From Acanthaster planci (Eukaryota): 64,000 nt of DNA. Positions 13,688-23,918 of the stretch are shown piece by piece. Numbering within the stretch: the first letter of the stretch is position 1; each line of letters begins with the position of its first letter. The translations under genes and the position numbers were made by a program. The DNA is taken from the NCBI RefSeq assembly GCF_001949145.1, contig NW_019091360.1, positions 864,137 through 928,136 of the forward strand. The letters are read 5' to 3'. The notes beneath the pieces are model-generated. The model was not told the origin of the DNA. It worked only from the letters and a program-made list of their open reading frames with translations, and did not search any database.

Positions 13688-14281
13688 CTAGCACACATAG
13701 TGAGATATCTTTTCTATTGAATAAAGACATTAAAATTTTAGAGTGTTTCACACTGGGCAAAGAATTATGTTAGCGATTAGGAAGCTAAATATACATGTAT
13801 TTAATGCTAGCTGTGTAGAAAAATATGAATATACCAAGTCTGAAAGATAAAAAAGTCATTTCAGTTTCACTGCAAACTTTTGAACATTTGAACCAGTTGC
13901 TGACTCATTTCTGACTGGCCTGGATGTTGTGTGTATACACAACAAATGGGTATCGGGCATGTACACACGTCCACTGTAGGAGACTCAACAAACAGTCTGC
14001 ATTTTACCTGTCAGCCACCCCTATATAGATTGTCTGATCCTTTTACATGGACTCGGACACAAACAGGTTAATTGTTCAATCTTTGAGGGCTTGTGGCATA
14101 AGCCATTGAAGGCAGTTACTTTGTTTCACATTGCACACTGTGGGGATCTTGATTCTCCCCTACAAGGCGAAAGCAAAATGCCAAGCAATGACATGGTAAA
14201 CTATTTCAAACATGATTGTGACCTCAGACCAATTTTGAGGGCTCAAGTTCAAGTCCTGATGCCTGGAGACACCTGCAGACT

Positions 14282-17197
14282 TCACAGCCTGTGCGCCTGT
14301 GAGTAGACCTTCATGGCTTTGATCTTACTTGCCACAACTGGCATTTCAATCAGTCGCAGGTATCTCGCCAACTCATCTCCATTGGCCGCCCGCCCCTTCA
14401 TGTCTTGCCATTTCCTCAGTGTAGCAAAGATCATAACCTCGGGAGGATCATTCTTGTACGTCTTCTCAATGTGCGACATTTCCTCTTTGCTGAAGTGGAA
14501 GACACGCATGAGGTCATGCAACTCACGCTGGCGGACATTAGCTGCGACACACTGGAACATCTTTTCAAGAAGAACAGCTGCAAAATAAAATGTTAAATCA
14601 GTCATAAATAGCTCACTGAATGAATTTTTAAAATCCAAATTTACTTACATGTAGATGTGAAAACTGCTTTTTGTTAAACTGTCAATAAATTCTTCAAACT
14701 TCTTTTTGCACTTCTAAAGTCCAATATGTTAATCATGAGCAAAATAATTTCAAGCTTGTCAAAATGGTGGCTCCATGGGAGACTTGTTCAGGATAATTAA
14801 GGGAAATATTTAGTTCCCACACATGTAAACAGATGAGTTTCATGGAACAAACTGTGGCTGCTGCCTGTGTCAGTGGAAACAGAATCATTAATATTTAAAG
14901 TTTATCAGATTTTACAAATATATGTCATACACACCTGCTCTCTCTTCAGCTGAGAGCAGGAATCGTGTTATAGGCTCCATGGCTCCACCATCACAGACAT
15001 CAGTAGGGGGATGGCACAGTGGGTTCTCCTGCAACCTCAAGTCAGTCAGGTTAGTCAAGCCATCAAATGTTACTGGCAGCTGCCGCAGCATGTTGCCCTC
15101 CAGGTGGAACTCTTCTAGGTGCTTCAACTGGGATATGGATTCTGGGAGCTCTACCAGACGATTGTCTGTGACATCCAGTTTGATCAGATTCTCTAGCTGT
15201 GATATCGTTGATGGGAGGCCTTCTAAGGCATTGTGTGACACATCTAACTCTTCAAGGTGTTGGAGCACTTGGATAGTGGACGGCAGATAACTGATCTTAG
15301 TGCCTTCCGGTTGGGAGAAGTGGAGGATTCTTAGATTAGGAAGGCCACAGAGCTGCAGTGGAAACATTCCATAGCAATTATTGTTAAGATTCAGCTCCTC
15401 CAGCAGCTCCATCTTTTCCACATCATCTGCCATGTCCATTAGCCGGTTGTCAGACATGACGAGTTTCCGAAGCCAGGACAGAGAGCAGAGCTCCTCAGGA
15501 AAGTTCTCAAAGTGATTGTGGCTCAGGTCTAGTTGACGGAGGTTGACCAGATTTGTGACTGCAGATGGAAGGGAGGATATGGAATTCTCTGTTAAAGAAA
15601 GGTACTCCAACATCTGAACTTCACAGACTTCAACTGGAAATGTCCCCAGGCAATTTTTGTTCATGGTTAGCTGCCGCAAACAGTACAGGTTCTCTACTTC
15701 CTTGGGGAGACCTGTCAACTTGTTCTGATCAAGTGTGAGGAGCTCAAGCTCTGATAAAGAGCACACTCCCTCTGGAAGAACTTGGAACTTGTTGTCATGA
15801 AGCAGAAGTTGGTTCAGATGCCTTAAATTGGCAATTTCAACTGGCAGGCCCATCAACTGGTTCCCTGAGAGGTCAATTATGAAGAGATTGTGGAGAAGAC
15901 ACAAATCATCTGGTACTTCTTCCAGGCAGTTTTGTCCAAGATAAAGCTCCGACAGGTCACTGAGATATCTGACAATGGCTGGAAGTTTGCTGAGTTTGTT
16001 AGAGTCAAGGCCAAGAATCTCTAGGTTTGTCAGATGCTGGATTCCATCGGGAATCTCCTCCAACTGATTGCTGTTCAGTCCTAATGTTTTTAACTTGTCA
16101 AGATGTCTAATTTCGCTGGAAATCTCTGTGATGAGATTGTGTGAAACATTGAGTTCTTGCAGCTCGGGAAGCCAGTACACCTGCACAGGGAGGATTCGGA
16201 ATGCATTCTTCTCCAAATTGAGTTCTCTCAGATTGAACAGGTACCCAATGTCAGCTGGCAGTGTCTGCATGTAATTTCCACTCATGCTGAGCTGAACCAA
16301 CTGGTCCAATAAGCACACCTGCTTGGGAAACTTTCTGAAGTTGTTGTTATTCAGACCAAGAATTCTCAGGAAGTGTAGCTGATTGAACTGTAGTGGTAGT
16401 GCCTCCAACTTGTTTTGGCTGAGGTTGATGACATTTATTTCTGACAACATGCAGAACTCATCAGGCAATTCCTGCAGCTGGTTGTCATTCATGTGGAACT
16501 GGCGGAGCATCTTCAAGGCTGCAACATCACTTGGTACTTCTTGAATGTCATTACCACTGAGATCAAGAACCTCCAAGTTTGTTAGCTGACAAAGCTCTGA
16601 AGGGAAGCTGGTCAGTCCACATGCCTGTATAACAAGAGCTTCAAGACAGCTCAGCTGGTGGATCTGCTCAGGAATGTCACATAGACTGTTGTTATTCAAA
16701 AGAAGACAGTGGATGTAATTCAGTTGGAATGTCTTTGGTGGGACTTCTGTGAGAGCCTGATCACTCAGATCAAGACAGTACTTGCCGTTGGGACTCAAGA
16801 ACACCTGCGAGTTGAGATCCTCCATGGATGCACTCTCCAGAACTTCTCGCAGCAAACTCAGCTTTCCCTGCTTATCCCCTACTGCTTCATCTGATACACC
16901 ATTCATGCTGGCCCTCCAGGAGACTTTCTCTGGACTGATACCATGGCGTGCATCATAGGATCTCCTGTTGAGTTCCTGAGTGATGAATGCATCTTTTTCA
17001 TCATTAAAATTCTCTCCTTCCATCTCTATATTACTGTGAAGGGGGGTATTTTCCGAGACCATATTCCCATTTTGTTGTGCCATTTCTCCTTCAGCCATTT
17101 GACTCATTTCTGAGATGTCTCTGCTTTCAGAGGCAGTCTCTGTCGCTGTAGAGGCTTCTAACTTAGCAGATACATCCATCCTGGATCGTTGAGTCAT
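14282..17197 (-). CDS. LRRD1: Leucine-rich repeat and death domain-containing protein (LRRD1-like), ~852 aa; complement(join(14282..14577,14935..17197))
   Basis: The 761-aa ORF has ~25 regular 23-aa LRRs (LxxLxLxxNxLxxLP). It splices in phase 1 (donor CAG|GTGTGT at 14935, acceptor TTTTGCAG| at 14577) to a helical death-domain exon (...LRKWQDMKGRAANGDELARYLRLIEMPVVASKIKAMKVYSQAHRL*). An acidic N-terminus plus LRRs plus a C-terminal death domain is the LRRD1 architecture. The large exon begins at an acceptor at 17224. Confidence 0.88.
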
Positions 17198-17384
17198 GTG
17201 ACTGATGACAGCATCACTGGCTAACTGTGAAAAAGATAAGATAAAATCATACCAATTAACACTGGCAATTCGTCATGCATGACACTGTCAATCATTCAAT
17301 GATTGAATAACAGTGCGATCGTACTGTCGTAGTGAGATGACACAATTGTTGAAGTAAAAAAGGGGGCAGTGGATGATCATATAG

Positions 17385-18532
17385 TCATGATAATGTTAAT
17401 ACAGCTGTTCAGATTTTAAATACTGAACTCACAAAAATAAACGTTTGGCTAACAAACATTTAGCCAACAAACTGTGCAGCAATCTAGCCAAATCTAATTA
17501 TATGATATTTTGTACTAAACAACAAAAAGACATTCAAACTTTCCCTTTGGTATTAAATGGCAAAACGTTGAATAAAGTAACAAGTTCAACATTTTCGGGT
17601 ATAAATATAAATGAGCACTTATCTTGGAAGAGTCATATAAGTGTAGTCTCGAGTAAAGTATCAAGATGTATTAGTATAATGAATTGTTTAAAGTCTTTTC
17701 TCCCATGTAATATTCTGTTAACTCAGTACAATTCTTTTGTGCAATCGTATTTGAATTATTCTATTTTGACATAGGGAGGTCCTTTATCTAATTGTGACCA
17801 ATTGTACACCTTACAAAATAATTTACTTTTATTCTCACTGAATAATTTCTCATGCTGGATATTATGACCACACGGTCCCATTATTGTCAAAACATAAAGT
17901 GCTAAAGGTATTTGACCATAATAAATATCAGTTAGGTAAATTTATGTATAAATGTATGAATGATAAGCTGTCACTGTATTTTAAATCATACTTTAAACTT
18001 ACGTCAAATGTTCACTCATATCATACCAGAAGTATCTCTCAAAAGAAATTATACAATGTATGTTGATACCAATAGAACTTCATGACACAAAATAGTCTTG
18101 TACAATGCGGTGTGCAATACTGGAATAGCCTAAATGAAACTATAAAAGCAGCGCCCACTTTATTAGCATTTGCTCTAATGTGGAAAAATATAATTCTTTC
18201 TGCATATATCACCTGTGGAATTGTATTTTGATGCGTTGTATTATCTCCTGCCTGTCAGTGTTTGTCCGTATGTGTATCATTGCCAAAAACATGTTCATGT
18301 CTTGTATTGTCCTATGTTATAATATGTATGTCTGTCAATAGGTTAGGGAACAAAAGCAAATGCATGCTTCAACCTTTACCTAAATGTTGTTCTTTAACGT
18401 GTACTTTATCTTTCTGCTTGACATTGTACATTCTAAGGCAAACTATCATGACTATTGTAAAACTTAATTCGTCTTCTACTCTGTAACCATGGTATGAACA
18501 ACATTAAATAAACGTCTGTCAAATAAAAAAAA
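17385..18532 (+). mobile_element. 5'-truncated, decayed CR1/L2-clade LINE (ORF2 C-terminal part plus 3'UTR) in an LRRD1 intron, antisense to the gene
   Basis: Broken frames read LNTELTKINVWL..ANKL..KSNYMIF..NEHLSWKSHISVVSSKVSRCI..YNSFVQSYLNYSILT*GG..GKFMYK..VHSYHTRS..GVQYWNSL. This is the typical post-RT region of CR1/L2/Crack ORF2, with stops and frameshifts. The element ends in AATAAA-rich, A-rich sequence. Confidence 0.85.
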
Positions 18533-18619
18533 TATATTAAACTGTACATAAGTCACTATTAAGTGACATACAATTATTTATACAGTATGACTGATTATAT
18601 GATGAAGAACAGAACTTAC

Positions 18620-18760
18620 TTTCACAAGTTCCCTGAGCCAGCAGCACAGTAACACGTTCGTTTTCATGTAACCGGGCAACTGTTTGCCGAGTCCAGGACA
18701 CAGGTGTCTGGACTCCCACTTTCGACTTTTAGCACTATTTTAGCGGCGGAAACCAGACCA
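18620..18760 (-). other. LRRD1: Probable upstream (first) exon of LRRD1; may add MKTNVLLCCWLRELVK in frame
   Basis: Consensus donor AAA|GTAAGT (ACTTAC at 18614-18619). An ATG at 18667 gives 16 codons in phase 0, matching the open 27 nt after the 17224 acceptor. The context is CpG-rich. The 5' boundary is approximate. Confidence 0.55.
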
Positions 18761-20160
18761 TACGAGATAGTTGATTAATTGATGAACAGCGCCTCCACTT
18801 GTTAGACTTCTCGGACCGTGCCGTGCGCCACCGGTGGCAGAACGATTTTCAAGGGGGGGGGAGAGTTCTGCGACCGTCAGGTATGCATTAAGGGGATGGG
18901 ATGTCCCCCAATCGAAAAAAAGTGTGGGGGAGGGGGGCTACTGGCCCCTCTGCGAGCTGCGTCCCCTTCCGCCGCCAGTATAGTGCCGCGCTCACCAATG
19001 TTGTTGCAGAACTTGTGCGTTGGTGACGAAACTGCTGATGATGAGATCTGTTTGTATTGCCATTCCGTGTTTAGTTAACGAAAAAAGTGCGTTTATAAGT
19101 CAAAACTCAGACATGGAATAACTTACCACAACATCTGAAATCTTCACGTCCAACAAGCGTCCATTTTTTGTCCGACAGTTAAGACAACTTAATTAGTTTC
19201 CTGTATATTTTGTGATGTTATTGTATTGCATAATCGTGCTGAGGTACATTGCCCCGAGTGGTATTTTGTCTATTTTTGTGAATTTTGTGCAATTTCTTCT
19301 GGTTAAATCTGAACAACGAGTTCTTATCTATTTTGCTACTTTTAATCCTTGTTTAAAATTTTGCTTGTAATATTGATATTTTTAATATTCTTAAGGTGTA
19401 TAAGCTGGGATCCATGGGAGATCAGTGAACTGGCTCACTGAATGGATTACCTAGGATAAAGAAGAGATCAGTAAATAAATTAATAAAACGCGTTTAAAAA
19501 AGTTATCGTAACGGAAGTATTTAACAATAATAAAGTGCGACGGACTAAGCAAAACTACAAGACAGAAATTGGATGTCAATAAGAAACAAATCGCACAAAC
19601 AAGAAATTTTTATCAACTTTGAGTAAAAGCCATGGAGAGCCGTAAAGCTATAAAAAGGAAAAACCAATAGTTCAGGTGTAAAAACGGGGGCGTGTACTCA
19701 AAGCAAGTTAAATCTCGGAACAAACAACCAAAAACTCTTGGGTGAAACCTGAGGACCTCTCATTTACTTGGAAATACATATAAAATCTACCCGCTGGGAA
19801 AATCAAGACTGAGGGACAAATAGTGAAAATCAAAGATCGGCGCAAGATGAGCAACTCGGTAATACCACTCGATGCCTCACCGTCGCGCAGTACAAATGCA
19901 TGCCCGACGTTAGGGCACTTGGTGAAATGTTAAGAATGGAGTCGCTTGAGGGCGCTAGAGTATTTTGCAGGTTAACCATAAGAAGGCAAATGAGTACTAA
20001 AGTTAGTCACCCAGTTTTGCATGTTTTGTGTCAAATTGTTGCTGCTGCAGCACGGCCTGCGTTTGATCTGAATTTCCTCAGTCATTCTGTCGAACCTCAC
20101 GGAAGGCAACAGGGTAGGCGTAAGTTGTTTCTTTCAATAAATAATATCGCATGCCATTTG
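18650..20160. promoter_or_regulatory. CpG-enriched putative bidirectional promoter region (LRRD1 on -, zinc-finger gene on +)
   Basis: Visibly higher CpG density than the flanks. Minus-strand GTAAGT donors at 18614-18619 and 19121-19126, and a plus-strand GTAAGT donor at 20120. Confidence 0.5.
18668..18680. promoter_or_regulatory. RFX X-box (GTAACCGGGCAAC)
   Basis: Matches GTNRCC(N0-3)RGYAAC exactly and lies in the putative LRRD1 first-exon/TSS region. Confidence 0.5.
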
Positions 20161-20738
20161 TGGTAGGGAGGCTCATAATTTTTTCAACTAGGCCTAGGGC
20201 CTATTTTTGTCTGTTTTCTTTTTTGACTTAATCTTGGAGTTGGAGAGAATATCATAAGATACATTTTGATATTATAATTTTGGATTCTATCCGTCCCTGC
20301 AAAGCAAAGAAATACTGATTTAAAGTAAGGATATTTTGAGATGTTTGGGAACATTTTTTGTAAATGTGTAATGCAGAGCAAACTAATTTTTGTATACACA
20401 AAAATGAGTGTGCAATTTCACTGAAATGCTTAAAATCCATAGGCCTATCATTCTTATTGTCATAAAATCTTTGTTCTTATTCGTGCCTTATTTCAATGAA
20501 TTAAGTAGTTGGCTTCTCTGGAAATTAAAAAAAAACACGAAATTGGAAATTAAATAGAGATGATAGAGAAACCAGAGCATGTAGGAAAAAAACAAAATTT
20601 TAATCACAATTTCCTATTTAAGAAAATGAGTTCCAAATAAACAGCACCCTCACTCATTTGGCATGTTTCTAATTGTGGTCATAATGTGCCTGACGGTATA
20701 GTCACCACCAGAGCAAGAAGGATTGTAGACCTATGTTT

Positions 20739-20934
20739 GGAAAGAGTTCCATATACAGACACCGCTTGACACCCTGTGCACAAACCCTATGGGACTGGTC
20801 GGAAAATTCTAGGTGTTTTCTAGGTAAACAACTTGGTTTTTCCCTCCAAAATGGAACTTTTCTGGACATGATTTTCTTTCTGACGGCTATTAATAGGTCC
20901 TTGTAGCCTGGTGTCCATATATGGAACTCTTCCC
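20739..20934. mobile_element. MITE with ~24-bp terminal inverted repeats
   Basis: GGAAAGAGTTCCATATACAGACACC ... GGTGTCCATATATGGAACTCTTCCC. An inverted partial copy lies at ~33570-33680. Confidence 0.7.
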
Positions 20935-21893
20935 TTGCATGCTGTATGTCTTAATTAGTTGTTCTTTACTGGTCAAAGATTTTATGATTGATAGTTTGCC
21001 AACTGATTCACCCAAAAGCAGACGTGTTATTCTGACCTCATGCTAGAGCATTTTCCAACCTCAACCAATCATGCATATATGCAAATGAGCTGTTTCGACC
21101 GCTCAGGCGACGGTGTGAAGCAGCGTACCACATGTCATTCAAGGTTGGGTCCCACCTACATGTACGTTCTGAAAAAGTTGCTTTGCAGTTTCTTTAGGTT
21201 TACTCCACTATGCCAATAGATCATTTTGAAGAGGCATTAGATAGTGAAATTTGTGAAATTTATTTGCTATTGGTCCCCCCCTCCCTCTAAATATGATTTC
21301 GTCCCAAGCAGAATGCAACCAATCAAGATTTTCACCCGTTTGCATTGCCAAAACTCTGCGGCACTGGGTGCATTTATTTGCCCAGGTTTTTTGAATGAAA
21401 ATGAGGCTCCTCCTATAGCAATGCACGTGACTCATCATTTGGCTTTGTAATAAATACATGTATATATCCACCCTCCATTTTTCTGGAGGGGCATCAAAGC
21501 GTTTGCACCTAGTATGCAGTTGTCATCTGTGCTATTGATTTTCCAGAATAACAGGCACATTTAACTCATGGCAAATTAGCACACATGCAGCCCTAAAGTG
21601 GCCACCTAAGCATGGCCGCCTTAAATTTATCATCAGAAAGACATCTTTACGTCAAGGATGAATGAACCGCGTCGCGATGGAAGCAGACTTACTGGTATCA
21701 AAGTATCTTGTTATAACCTGAAAACAAAACAAAACTATATGAGTGTTAAGATTTAGGCCAAAATTCAGATTTGGGTGGTGACTATACTGCCATGCATCAT
21801 TGCACAATGGTGGAAAGGCAGTGTGGGAAGGAATGTCTTTCTGCCATTGTACAAGATCACCCATGCAGTATTAGCAATAAGGCTTATGAACTA

Positions 21894-22291
21894 AGGCTGG
21901 GATGTTTATGTGTTTAAGATTTTCCCAAACGTTTAATCTGAAGGGCCCCTTTTAGAGGTTTGCTGTTTCGATTGATGCAGTCTGGCGTTCACTTTTATTG
22001 TAAACGATGCCCGTAACATACTGTTTTTTCCCCTTTCAGCATCCATGTACTTCTGGAGAAAAAAGGGTGATTCTGATTTCTGAAACATTAAACATCGCTG
22101 GTTTTAAATGCCCCATCATCAATCTATATCTACACTTTTTACATAGGTTGGACCATGTGCATTGTTGATCTGTATAATTATGCATCACCAAGCTAGGCAG
22201 CGACAGCCTCTGTAAAGCATTGGCTAAATGTTTAAATGGCATGGGAAAGTTTTTGTAAATATTTTTCCAATCAAATGTAAATTCCCATCCT
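21894..22291 (+). mobile_element. Dispersed repeat, probable non-autonomous DNA transposon (copy 1)
   Basis: Colinear similarity over ~380 bp with 28585-28971. Shared blocks include CCTTTTAGAGGTTTG, TATTGTAAACGATGCC, CCATGTGCATTGTTGA and GCCTCTGTAAAG..TTGGCTAAA. Confidence 0.75.
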
Positions 22292-23918
22292 GACTATGAA
22301 CATCCCGGAATGCCATCTAGAAATTTGGAAAACCTACATGTACATGGATGAGCAGATGAGACTTCATTATTTAGACAAGAAAGTGACCCCTGTTATGCTA
22401 TTAGTCATCTTCCCATACCTGCAAAGAAGATAGGCCCACTAATATTAATGATCACTTGCATTGCAATGTTCTCGCATGCAGAACAGCACACCTAAGGGCT
22501 GATCATAGTTGGTATACATGTGCCGTACACTGATTACATAGCGCATACATGTCCAAACAAAGGCAGTGATTAATTTTTATGCATACAATTTTTTTGTTGG
22601 ATTTATAAACTCTTTTTACCATGCGGCCATATTTTGCCCTTTCCAATGGAAAAAATAATGATTTTGCTTAAATAGGCCTAATGAAATTTTTGAATGAAGG
22701 AATAGTTTTGGCAGCCATTTCAGCGGTATGCAAGCAGTGCATGGAAATTCGAGATGTTCATTCTGATGGCCTTACTGCCAGAACTTTGAACTGTAAGGTT
22801 TTCACAAACTTACACAGATAGAAAGATAGACATGGACATGTACAACTAACAAGTGGCCTAATACCAATGACCTAGCACCAGACTAGGGCCAGTCTATTGG
22901 ACTCCCTTCGTATCCTTGGCCCTACACCCAACCTCCTTTCAAAAATGGGGACTTTGTGAAAACCCTTTGTTTGAGCTCCATTTTTCTTACACGGCTTCAC
23001 TCACCCGATTTGGTAATTAAGTCACCATTAGTACATTTAGGGCTATTCTCTGTTATTGATGTTTTGATCTCTAACTTGTCGTCTCAACATGGCCATTCGT
23101 TTACTACACCGATTCATTCCCAAGTCATTGAATGAGTGATAAACACAGTCAGGATCTCTTTGGTCTGGGAACCATTTGGCCGTGGTAGTTCAGTATTGAT
23201 GTGGACATTTATAGTGAAACAGTATAGGCTTACAGAGTGTGACCTGAATTTGTAGCACTACATGTATGTCACCAGTAGGCGTATTCATGTATCCAGCTGC
23301 TGCCTAAGGACAAATGTGTGGGAATTTTTCTTTGTTTTTCTAGTGCAAGTACCTAAGTCCTTACAAATGTCTGTATGGAATTTCATGTGAGATTTACAAA
23401 TGTAAATGGAAAGTGGTACCAAGGACTTAGGAGGAATGGTTTTTATCCTAGCATTCCTGGGTATTTGGGCTAGAAACCCTGCAAAATTTGCATCATATAG
23501 TGCACGTACAATGTATGTCAAATGAAGAGTCTACTTGTATGGTTGCCTGCCACTATACATGTAGGATCCAATTGTGACATTGTTCAATGGGAATCTAGCT
23601 CGCATAGTCTCAATATCAGCAGTTTGTTTACCTGCTGTTGATTGCCCAGTGATAGATACATGTACTAGGTTAGGGTTAATTAGGTCAGGATTATGAAATC
23701 ATATTTCATGACATCTCTGGTATGAATTTGTACGTCATAAAAAGGAAAAAAACAAGAGAGTGCCGAGTTGGCATTCCCAGGACTTTGGTAGCTGATGGCT
23801 CTGGTATAAAATTGCTTACATACTGTATACATGAAAGTGATATAAACAATGTTCCTCTTAGGACTAATAATTGTACTTGTGTTAATATTTTTTCAGCAAA
23901 TTGGAGCACAGCCCCATT

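Noticed and set aside
14922..16894. Antisense ORFs over LRRD1, and those over the zinc-finger CDS (24114-26035)
   Set aside because: Shadow frames of real coding sequence with no recognisable domains.
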